A DNA stretch of 58,886 nucleotides from Fibrobacterales bacterium (GTDB lineage: Bacteria; Fibrobacterota; Fibrobacteria; Fibrobacterales; JAOPTW01). The position numbers and the translations under genes were made by a program. The notes under the pieces are model-generated. The model was not told the DNA's origin, did not search any database, and was given only the letters and a program-made list of their open reading frames with translations. Location: positions 1 to 58,886 of the forward strand of contig JAOPTW010000026.1 of assembly GCA_051532035.1 (NCBI GenBank). Direction: 5' to 3'. Of this stretch, positions 1 through 8,399 are shown in pieces (the first letter of the stretch is position 1; each line of letters opens with the position of its first letter).

Positions 1-531
1 TCGTATTAGTTTAATTCCTGCAGCAGCAATTTGGGTGAGTTGTTTACTGTTTTTTCTAAAATGAATATTGACTCCAAACCCATGAGGGATTGTTGGGCCA
101 GGGAGCTCCCAATTTATAAAATCGGGATTTTCATTAGGTACAACAGTGGTGTCTGATGCTACAGCACTACTTGATGTGTTCTCTGCATTGTCAGAAGAGG
201 AGGCTTCGAGTACACTAGAGACTTCAGCAACTACAGAACTTTCGAGCATGATAGTGCTACTACTCTGTGTGGTAACGTTCTCTGTGCTACTACTCTGAGC
301 GCTACTGCTCATGGTTACACCAGAGGCGTGTTTTTCACTAGAAGAGAGTATTTCGGGTTCAGAGCTCAATGTGGTATCTCCAGAGCTCATTAGAGTATCA
401 CTACTATTAGCAGTGGAGGAATCGGCGCTTTCAAACCCTAGTTCTGCATCCACGGGTTCGGTGCATGCTCCGAGTAAAAATAGGACTAGAATTGTTGAAA
501 ACCAAGGTAGTACCAAAGAACTCTTATTCAT
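1..531 (-). CDS. Lipoprotein with Ser-rich linker and start of a probable TIM-barrel glycoside hydrolase domain (clan GH-A-like); truncated by window edge
   Basis: Manual translation from ATG at 531: MNKSSLVLPWFSTILVLFLLGAC (lipobox), ~105-aa Ser/Thr-rich linker, then PHGFGVNIHF...QIAAAGIKLIR, resembling the first strand/helix of GH5/GH39-like enzymes. Frame is open to position 1; absent from the ORF track. Confidence 0.75.
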   Translation of the reverse strand, partial: MNKSSLVLPWFSTILVLFLLGACTEPVDAELGFESADSSTANSSDTLMSSGDTTLSSEPEILSSSEKHASGVTMSSSAQSSSTENVTTQSSSTIMLESSVVAEVSSVLEASSSDNAENTSSSAVASDTTVVPNENPDFINWELPGPTIPHGFGVNIHFRKNSKQLTQIAAAGIKLIR

Positions 532-786
532 GTGTGCTCCTAAACTTAGAATGTGTTGTGTGTTTACTATTATCTATAAGATCATTTATTTACAGCGATA
601 AAGACCGGTATTATGGCAGGAGCCAATAAATACTGTTGACTTTTGTTGACTTGTTACAGGTATTGACTGAAAAAACTAAAAATATCAAAACCCAATAATT
701 GGATCATGAATAGTCTGTATCTAGAATATATGTTGGATGGCGTGGCCCTAGCCACATAAACACTCAATAGGTGATTCGCTTCATAA

Positions 787-975
787 CGTATTGAGCAGGC
801 TTCAAATAGTAGCAACTTTTCTGATTCTGATACTAACATGACCATTAATTTGGAGAATACTGCTGAGTATGCTTTGACGGGCGATTTTAATGGCGATGGT
901 ATTCTGGACCTTGTTCAGATTGAAGATAAGGATATAAATGGTGTTTATAGTACCGAATATATTGCAGAATTATAA
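787..975 (+). pseudogene. Short remnant (or small ORF 838-975) with one FG-GAP/VCBS repeat
   Basis: Translates ...MTINLENTAEYALTGDFNGDGILDLVQIEDKD...*; GDFNGDGxxDL is a canonical FG-GAP motif; in-frame TAA upstream at 784-786. Confidence 0.5.
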
Positions 976-1114
976 CTGTTCCTGGCAGTTCTTTAACATG
1001 CTTTTTTGGTCTTTTCGGTGATATATAATTTATTTTCTATACATGACAAAAAAAATGAATTAAGGTATTATCCTTCCCCCCTTAACTTAGAATCGACAAA
1101 ACTTGAGGAGCAAA

Positions 1115-2626
1115 ATGTCTTTGTGGATTAATGTTTTTTATCTCTTAACAGTAATTTTTATAGGGTGCTCTAATGACTCGAGCACTAATGACTTGAACAC
1201 TAATGACTCGAGTACTATAGAGCATACATCCTCTAACCAAGTTGTTATTGAAGGAGAGGTCAATACATTTTTCGATTCGACTCAAGTGTTATCTGTAGAG
1301 ATAGAATTAGATAGTGCGGATTGGGAATTCGTAAGGGATCAAAGGAGAGATGTTTGGGAAAACTTAATGGGGGAGGCTTGTTTATCCGAAGAATGGGACG
1401 ACCCTTATGAGTTTCGAAATGCTACCCTTACCCTTAATGGTAATGTAATTCCAAATGTGGGAATAAGAAAAAAAGGTTTTTTGGGTTCTGTTAATTCAAT
1501 TAAGCCTAGTTTGAAAATTAAATTAGATGAATATGTGGAGGGACAGGAGTATTTTGGATTAGATAGGATTACTCTTAATAATAATATTTCGGACCCTTCT
1601 CATATAACTCAATGTTTGTCGTATCAATTATTCCTTAAAGCGGGGCTTCCAGCACCCCAGTGTAATTTTGCACAGGTCACTGTCAATGGAACGTATCTAG
1701 GACTCTATTCAAATATAGAAAGCATCAAAAAACGATTCTTAAGGCGACACTTCCAAAATGAAAATGGTTTTTTATTTGAAGGAACTCAAAGCGATTTTAG
1801 AGAAGGCTGGACAGCGACTTTTGAACAGAAAACAAATAAGAAGGAAGATGGATTTGAGCATATCAATGGCATAATAAACGCTCTGGAGTCCAATGGTGAT
1901 TCTCTTGTTCAAAATGTATCGAGAGTAATAGATTTAGATGAATTTTATACGTTCTGGGGCTTAGAACTCTTAATTGGACATAGCGATGGCATGACCAGTG
2001 ATGCTAATAACTTTTATTTTTATTTTTCTCCCACTAATCAAAAGGCATATTTTATCCCTTGGGGGGTAGATAAAACTTTCACAAATATCTCTAAGTTTAG
2101 TTCCTTAGGGTTATTGACTTACTCAAATAGTTTACTGCCTTTTAAACTGTATTCTTACTCCTCAACTCGGGAACAATTTAAGAAAAACTTAGAACAGCTC
2201 CTTGATGATGTATGGGATGAAGGTCAATTATTAAAAGAAGTCGATCGTTTAGAACTATTATTATCTCCACTTTTAACGGATGAGCCAGATGTATTGTGGG
2301 ATGAGATTGGAAAAAAACAATCTTCTTCTATTGCAGATGGCAATTCCACCTTAAACTTTCAGAACGCAATTGAATCTGTAAGAACTTTTATTCAAGGGCG
2401 CAAAGAAAAGGTTCAAAGCTTCCTGGATAGTCTACCCACACCTCTAGAGGCTCCGTTTGCAAAACTTTGTGAAGAAAAATCAGAAGATAAAAAAATAGAC
2501 GATACAGGTGATGGAAAAGAAGGAGACGAAAAACCTTGTACTAACGGGGAGAGCTTTGATCATCTGGGGGTTAGCTACCTCTGTGAGAATGAACGTTGGA
2601 CAGAAAAGGATACTGTTGATCCTTAA
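1115..2626 (+). CDS. CotH-family kinase lipoprotein
   Basis: Lipobox IFIGC; GIRKKG, SLKIKLD, LNN, GLYSNIE, NNFYFY, FIPWGVD motifs of CotH family; GAGGAG precedes ATG 1115 (ORF track starts at 1103). Confidence 0.9.
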   Translation: MSLWINVFYLLTVIFIGCSNDSSTNDLNTNDSSTIEHTSSNQVVIEGEVNTFFDSTQVLSVEIELDSADWEFVRDQRRDVWENLMGEACLSEEWDDPYEFRNATLTLNGNVIPNVGIRKKGFLGSVNSIKPSLKIKLDEYVEGQEYFGLDRITLNNNISDPSHITQCLSYQLFLKAGLPAPQCNFAQVTVNGTYLGLYSNIESIKKRFLRRHFQNENGFLFEGTQSDFREGWTATFEQKTNKKEDGFEHINGIINALESNGDSLVQNVSRVIDLDEFYTFWGLELLIGHSDGMTSDANNFYFYFSPTNQKAYFIPWGVDKTFTNISKFSSLGLLTYSNSLLPFKLYSYSSTREQFKKNLEQLLDDVWDEGQLLKEVDRLELLLSPLLTDEPDVLWDEIGKKQSSSIADGNSTLNFQNAIESVRTFIQGRKEKVQSFLDSLPTPLEAPFAKLCEEKSEDKKIDDTGDGKEGDEKPCTNGESFDHLGVSYLCENERWTEKDTVDP

Positions 2627-2728
2627 TGAAAAGGAATCCAGCATATTTGACCATAAGTGTTAAAGGTGTCATTAAAAATAAAGCCTCTTTACTACCTATC
2701 ATCCCCCTAAATACGAAGGAAATGTATC

Positions 2729-3751
2729 TTGAAAAATTCCACAATCTTTAGCCTCACAATATTGTGTATCGTATTCGGATGCAGCGAGAGTGATAGCACC
2801 TCATCTCCAGAGGGCGCATCTTCTGCAACTTTCACCGACTCAAGTGAAAGTAAAGCTAGTGATAGTAGTGCCAGTGATAAGGATTGGGATACAGAGTGGG
2901 ATAAAGAGTACGATAAGGATGATAAAGAGTATATATGTGACAACTCTAAAGCCTCTGGCTATAAAACGGTTGTTCAGGGGAGCGCTACTCGAGAATACAT
3001 TCTCACGGTACCCGAGTCGTATGACGCAAACAACGCTACTTCATTGATTATTAATTATCATGGCTTTGGTGGGTGCGCTCAACATTTTCAGGAAGAAGTT
3101 GGTGAGTCATATGGTATGGATGCACTGGCAGACAGTGAAAACGTTATAGTCGCCTATCCACAAGCTATTGTTGGTGAAAAGGGAGATGCGTATTGGGATC
3201 CGGGTGATAATGGCACAGAAGATATTACTGAGAGTGATATTTATTTTACCGAACAGCTTATCGCAAATATTGCCAAAGAGTACACTGTTGACCTCTCCAG
3301 AGTCTATGCCACTGGCTACTCAAATGGCGGCATGATGTCTTATGGTCTCGCCTGCTCCAGAGGAGATCTTATTGCAGCAATTGGTATAATGTCGGGTACT
3401 ATGCTCGAAGACGCCTGCACCACAGATGCCACTACCTCTGTTATTGTGTTCCACGGCATTGCAGATTATGTACTTCCCTATGCAGGTAACCAGAACTACA
3501 AGTCTACCTCTGACGCCGTAAACATCTGGCTTGATCACAACAGCATTCCAGCTGAGAGTCGCATCACTACAAAACTCAACAATGGTGCTGTAACCAGAGA
3601 TGTCTATAGTGGAGGCGCCGAAAACACTTCTGTGGTACTCTATACCATCCACAGTGAATATGGTAAAGATGGCGGGCATGTTTGGTTTAGTGCCGATATT
3701 GATGGTATGAGTCCGAATCAGATAGTGTGGGAATTTTTATCTGCCCACTAA
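2729..3751 (+). CDS. LpqC/PHB-depolymerase-like alpha/beta-hydrolase esterase lipoprotein
   Basis: Lipobox VFGC, Ser-rich linker, YHGFGG, GYSNGG nucleophile elbow, FHGIAD, GGHVW. Confidence 0.85.
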   Translation: MKNSTIFSLTILCIVFGCSESDSTSSPEGASSATFTDSSESKASDSSASDKDWDTEWDKEYDKDDKEYICDNSKASGYKTVVQGSATREYILTVPESYDANNATSLIINYHGFGGCAQHFQEEVGESYGMDALADSENVIVAYPQAIVGEKGDAYWDPGDNGTEDITESDIYFTEQLIANIAKEYTVDLSRVYATGYSNGGMMSYGLACSRGDLIAAIGIMSGTMLEDACTTDATTSVIVFHGIADYVLPYAGNQNYKSTSDAVNIWLDHNSIPAESRITTKLNNGAVTRDVYSGGAENTSVVLYTIHSEYGKDGGHVWFSADIDGMSPNQIVWEFLSAH

Positions 3752-3951
3752 AATATGGCAATTTAGGCTTTAATTCGAGGGATTTCCTCTGTTTTATACC
3801 CATTTTGGTCATGAATGAGCTCCAATTATTATTCCTGGATTACTGTCCCTTATAAAATCACAAACATTATCGATTATACCACTCATTACAATTGCTCTTC
3901 ACCAGAATTAGTAATACAATAGGGCATAACCATCCCATTGGGTCTATACGT

Positions 3952-5841
3952 ATGTGGCTACAAAATTTGAAAATCAAACATAAAATTTCATTTGGATTTT
4001 TAATCCCAATACTATCAATTATTCTCTTTATTTCTTTGACGTTTTATAGTAGTGCAAAAGACGAAGACTTTATGGAAATGATTGAGGCAATTGACCATAT
4101 TCGAATCTATAAACTCGAAGCGCGTAGAGCTGAGAAAGACTTTTTAATGCGGCTTGATATGAAATATGTGGAGAAACATAAAGATCACATTGCGGAAATT
4201 CGTGAAAACATTAAAATCCTCTCACACCATGAATGGAATAAAAGTGAAAAAGAACATATCAACGGACTGAACGGCTTTATCACAAATTATGTAAGTTTAT
4301 TCAACCATGTCATTGAATTGACAAAACAAAAAGGACTCACAGAAAAAAAGGGAAAACAGGGAGAATTTAGAGCTGCAACTCATGCAATTGAGGCCGCAAT
4401 TAAAGAACAAAAGCTCAGTTCAGATGTTACTGCTCAAATGCTTATGTGTCGGAGACGCGAAAAAGATTATATGCTGAGAGGGCATGATAAATATATAGAA
4501 AAACTAAAAGCCGATATTGTAACCTTGGAGGAACATTTTGACACCCATGCAGTTCCTGAGTTAAAAAAAATGAGCCAAGAATATCTCGCTCGATTTCTTG
4601 AAATGGTAGCACTGGATAAAAAAATAAACAAAACCGTTAGCGATTTCCGTACATCAATACACGCCCTCGAAACAGTACAAGCCGAACTTTCGGAATCGTT
4701 AGAAAAAGAAAAAGATAGAGCAAGGCAAAAAATTAATACCATAATGTTTGCTTTCTCCTTTGTAACTATTGCAATAAATATTCTAGTAGCTTTTTTGTTG
4801 ATCAGAAGTATTACCCGACCTCTGATTAAACTTATGAATTCAATTACAGATTTAGGTAAAGGAGTACTCACTCACAAAAGTGGCATTACTTCGCTTGATG
4901 AAATTGGTCAAATGGCCACTGCCGCTGATGGTTCTATTGATTCACTTAACTCAGTGGTACAAAAGATTAGTGAAAATTCTGATGCACTGTCGAATTCTTC
5001 TGAAGCCCTTAATGTTACCACAAAATCAGTGGTACAATCTGCCCAAAATATGAATAGTCAGTCTCAGGTAATTGCCCAATCAACAGAGCAGGTTTCTAAA
5101 AAAATGAATAATATAGCTTCTGCGGCTGAACAAATGAGTACCACCGTATCAGCGTTTGCTTCTTCAATTGAAGAAATGAGTTTAAGCTCAAATGAAATTG
5201 TAAGAAGCTGCCAAAAAGAGTCTGAAATTGTTGAAATTGCGAATATTCGTGTTCGTTCAACCAATGAAGTTATGAGTAAAATGCAAATTTCAGCAAACGA
5301 AATAGGCAAAGTTCTCGATGTCATTAAAGACATTGCGGATCAAACAAACTTACTTGCACTCAATGCGACAATAGAAGCAGCATCGGCTGGGGATGCCGGT
5401 AAAGGTTTTGCTGTTGTTGCATCTGAAGTAAAAGAACTGGCAAAGCAAACAGCAACTGCAACAGATGAAATAAGTAAACAAATTGATACGATGCGCAATG
5501 ATACTAAAGAATCAGTAAAGTCTATCGAAGAAGTAAGTGGTGTCATTGAAGAAGTAAACGCTATATCACATACAATTGTGAGTGCAATAGAACAACAATC
5601 AGCAACTCTGAATGATATTTCTAGTGGCGTAGGTAACGTTAATGCTTCAGCTTCTGATGTATCTCAAAATGTTCAAGAGTCTGCACATCTTATACAAGAT
5701 GTCACTCATAATATAAGTGACTTAAATAATGACATTAATAAAGTCACAAACGAAATGAATACTGTTGAAGAAAATACTCTGAATCAATCTGGAATGGCCA
5801 AGGAATTGAAGGGTTCAGTGGCCGTATTTAAGGTGTCTTAA
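3952..5841 (+). CDS. Methyl-accepting chemotaxis protein with helical (HBM-like) periplasmic sensor
   Basis: Two TM helices, duplicated RRxEKD(F/Y) helical motif in sensor, [34 protein letters not shown] hairpin. ATG 3952 preferred over TTG 3892. Confidence 0.93.
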   Translation: MWLQNLKIKHKISFGFLIPILSIILFISLTFYSSAKDEDFMEMIEAIDHIRIYKLEARRAEKDFLMRLDMKYVEKHKDHIAEIRENIKILSHHEWNKSEKEHINGLNGFITNYVSLFNHVIELTKQKGLTEKKGKQGEFRAATHAIEAAIKEQKLSSDVTAQMLMCRRREKDYMLRGHDKYIEKLKADIVTLEEHFDTHAVPELKKMSQEYLARFLEMVALDKKINKTVSDFRTSIHALETVQAELSESLEKEKDRARQKINTIMFAFSFVTIAINILVAFLLIRSITRPLIKLMNSITDLGKGVLTHKSGITSLDEIGQMATAADGSIDSLNSVVQKISENSDALSNSSEALNVTTKSVVQSAQNMNSQSQVIAQSTEQVSKKMNNIASAAEQMSTTVSAFASSIEEMSLSSNEIVRSCQKESEIVEIANIRVRSTNEVMSKMQISANEIGKVLDVIKDIADQTNLLALNATIEAASAGDAGKGFAVVASEVKELAKQTATATDEISKQIDTMRNDTKESVKSIEEVSGVIEEVNAISHTIVSAIEQQSATLNDISSGVGNVNASASDVSQNVQESAHLIQDVTHNISDLNNDINKVTNEMNTVEENTLNQSGMAKELKGSVAVFKVS

Positions 5842-5964
5842 CAAATACTCAGGAAGTATATCCAATTAAAAAAGGGGTGATGCTGGGTTTTGCGTTGTAA
5901 TGGAATGGGGGATTATTAGATTTATTGTATAGACTTACCTTCTTTATTATAAGAGTTATATGAT

Positions 5965-6375
5965 ATGCGATATATGAAACATTTTCTTTTTGCTCTGGTA
6001 ATTATTGTGGCTCTTAATAAAAAAGTTCACTCTCAACCCCCCATACATCCGGTTGTTTTTACACCTGGCATTCCAATTGTTATGGCTCCGATAAATGCAA
6101 TTGTAGCTGGTGTACCATATCTTTTTAAAGAAGAAAATCACAAATACAGTTTTTGGAAATCATTTGTGTACTCCAGCGGTTTTTGTACACTAGGCTTTTT
6201 AGTGAGTAGCTTTACAGATTCAGATGAAGTTATGGCTGTAGGGATTATTGGTGGCACATTGGGTGGAACAGTATTAGGTTATTATCAAACGAAGTCTGAC
6301 GACACCGTCCCAATAGTATTGAGCATAGTGCCAACTAAAAAGAAATCTCACATATTATTAAGCTTCAACTTTTAA
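5965..6375 (+). CDS. Hypothetical membrane/secreted protein
   Basis: 136-aa ORF with N-terminal hydrophobic segment, Gly-rich hydrophobic helices and C-terminal LSFNF. Confidence 0.6.
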   Translation: MRYMKHFLFALVIIVALNKKVHSQPPIHPVVFTPGIPIVMAPINAIVAGVPYLFKEENHKYSFWKSFVYSSGFCTLGFLVSSFTDSDEVMAVGIIGGTLGGTVLGYYQTKSDDTVPIVLSIVPTKKKSHILLSFNF

Positions 6376-6749
6376 GAAAAAGTACTGCCAACTGGCAGCC
6401 GAACGCTGGCGATGGGTGCGCTCGTAATGATTCACACCCCCTTAATTTTTTAATACCTATTCTTTCTGAAACTATCAAAAGATTGAAACAACTGACCTAT
6501 ACAACTGAACATGCCTGTCTCATTTAAAGAGAGAGAAACTGGAATGATTACTTTCTGATCGTGTAATCCCCCCATTATAAACAGTTGTTAATACTTGAGG
6601 GCATACTCGTTATAACATCGCTCCTTTTCCAGCTTCAATTGACTTGTATTTTAATTCAATTGTAAACTTTTTTATCCTCCCGTACTAACTTTCAAAATTA
6701 CAACAAAATATATATATACTTAAAAAGCACTACACTCAAAAAACTAATA

Positions 6750-7310
6750 ATGGAATCAACTACAGAAATATCATTATCTTATCTATTAGCGTCATTGTTA
6801 TGGCCTCGTGATACCTATTCTGAAGATTCTTGGGTGTATGCAGTTCTAGATGGAGCACACAGTCCTGAGATACTGTCACATTTAGGTGAGTGTTTTACCC
6901 GAAATGATTGTTTATACGAAGGGGTACTTACTGATGACTTAAAAGAAGTTGCTCCATATTTAGTGCGATTGCGTAAAGAAGAGCCATATACCGACTGGCT
7001 TTTAGAGAATATGCTTTCAAAAAATTGGGGCGTCTTTCTTAAATCAGATATGCCGTTCAAGGAATTGAGAAAACATTTACGACGCTTTTTAAGAGTAAAA
7101 TCTGAATCTAACAAAACAATGCTTTTTAGATGGTATGACCCTCGAGTTCTTCGCAAATATTTACCTACCTGCAACGAGGATGAACTCACAACCTTTTTTG
7201 GTTCTATACATTGTTTTATTGTAAAGGGCGAAGAGCCTCATCTATATCAAACATTTTCTATAAGTAACTCTCTGCTAGAGCAAAGAGATACCTATTTATC
7301 TGAAAATTAA
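6750..7310 (+). CDS. DUF4123 domain protein (T6SS effector adaptor/chaperone family)
   Basis: YAVLDGA, LYEG...VAPYLVRL, WGVFLKS, HLRRFLRV, LFRWYDPRVLR...FFG signature of DUF4123. Confidence 0.9.
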   Translation: MESTTEISLSYLLASLLWPRDTYSEDSWVYAVLDGAHSPEILSHLGECFTRNDCLYEGVLTDDLKEVAPYLVRLRKEEPYTDWLLENMLSKNWGVFLKSDMPFKELRKHLRRFLRVKSESNKTMLFRWYDPRVLRKYLPTCNEDELTTFFGSIHCFIVKGEEPHLYQTFSISNSLLEQRDTYLSEN

Positions 7311-7357
7311 CACATAGAATAAACACATTTAGATATACCGTAAACGAGGTGTCATCG

Positions 7358-8023
7358 ATGAAGCTCTTTGGAGAGGAATCTGATTGGGCAGGATTTGGTC
7401 AATCGAGTATTGAAAAATATACTGGGGGTGGGTTTGTTATGCCTACACAAAAGAAATCGGCCCCTGAAGACGAACTGATTGACGAAGCAACTGAACAAGA
7501 AGTTGAGGAAGAAGAAGAGGTTGTTGAAGAAGAACCTCAAATCGTGTTGTCAAACCTACAATTTGTCAGGCCTGAGACAGGGTATGAAATAGGTGAGAGG
7601 GCAGCGGTATCTGTCGATATAGAAGTTATTGGCGATAGTCCTGAGCCCTATGTTTCGTTTGCACTGTATGCACATTATCGTGATTCTAGTGATCTGTTTC
7701 TCTCTTGTACGGGTGCCCATATAGCGAGTGGAGTTGCAAAGACAAGTATCCATTTGGCCTATCCAGATGAATATCTTGCTGACTTACAGAGTAACTCTGA
7801 AGATCAAGTTGCCTACTATTGTATAGCGTCCCATGAACAATGCACCGAAGATGTTACCAGTACAGAACTTATTGTTCCCGATGAGCTACCTGCAAAAGAT
7901 TCACAGTCTCAAGCTCAAGTATTAAAAGAAGCGGCAGAAGCGGGAACGCCATTTTGTGAGGAGTGTGAAAAAATACGGGCCGAGAATGAAAAAAAGAAAC
8001 AACAAAAAGCTGAGCAGGGGTAA
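7358..8023 (+). CDS. Acidic hypothetical protein with C-terminal QAQVLKEAAEAGTPFCEECEK tail
   Basis: ORF 7349-8023; GAGGTG precedes ATG 7358; Glu-rich linker, beta-rich middle, CxxC tail resembling C-terminal extensions of VgrG/DUF4123-associated proteins. Confidence 0.7.
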   Translation: MKLFGEESDWAGFGQSSIEKYTGGGFVMPTQKKSAPEDELIDEATEQEVEEEEEVVEEEPQIVLSNLQFVRPETGYEIGERAAVSVDIEVIGDSPEPYVSFALYAHYRDSSDLFLSCTGAHIASGVAKTSIHLAYPDEYLADLQSNSEDQVAYYCIASHEQCTEDVTSTELIVPDELPAKDSQSQAQVLKEAAEAGTPFCEECEKIRAENEKKKQQKAEQG

Positions 8024-8025
8024 TT

Positions 8026-8370
8026 ATGTTTGTGATACGTGATGAACAACTTCATACATTGGGCGACGATGTATTTAATGAAAAAATACCAAGTATTGCA
8101 GATGAAATCATTGCGCGTTTAAACCGTATCTCTATTATTCAAAGTGAAGAGGGAAATTCGGAATTACGAGATCACATTATTGCTGATATCAAAAAGGGGT
8201 ATGCATGGGGGTTTGCTACTATACATTCTCTCTTTCATTTTTGCAGCTACCATTTTACTCTAGGAGAAGCATGGTATAGTGATAGCAACATCAGTTCTAT
8301 ACTCTCCAATTCCAAACTCAATGCACGAGAAAAACTTCAATCAATAGAAAACCTACTCCCAGATTATTAA
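8026..8370 (+). CDS. Small helical protein resembling the C-terminal half of long DUF4123 adaptors
   Basis: MFVIRDEQL...F...I...GYAWGF...F...LG..W pattern; starts 2 nt after the upstream stop. Confidence 0.65.
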   Translation: MFVIRDEQLHTLGDDVFNEKIPSIADEIIARLNRISIIQSEEGNSELRDHIIADIKKGYAWGFATIHSLFHFCSYHFTLGEAWYSDSNISSILSNSKLNAREKLQSIENLLPDY

Positions 8371-8399
8371 TTCACTAGAAACTTTGTAAGGATAAGTAT

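Noticed and set aside
311..601. 96-aa plus-strand ORF
   Set aside because: Antisense shadow of the Ser-rich lipoprotein gene at 1-531(-), which has a lipobox and enzyme motif.
6376..6440. ACTGCCAAC/TGGCAG hairpin after the 5965 gene as a possible attC-like cassette end
   Set aside because: No matching distal GTTRRRY box, no second copy and no integrase in the window.
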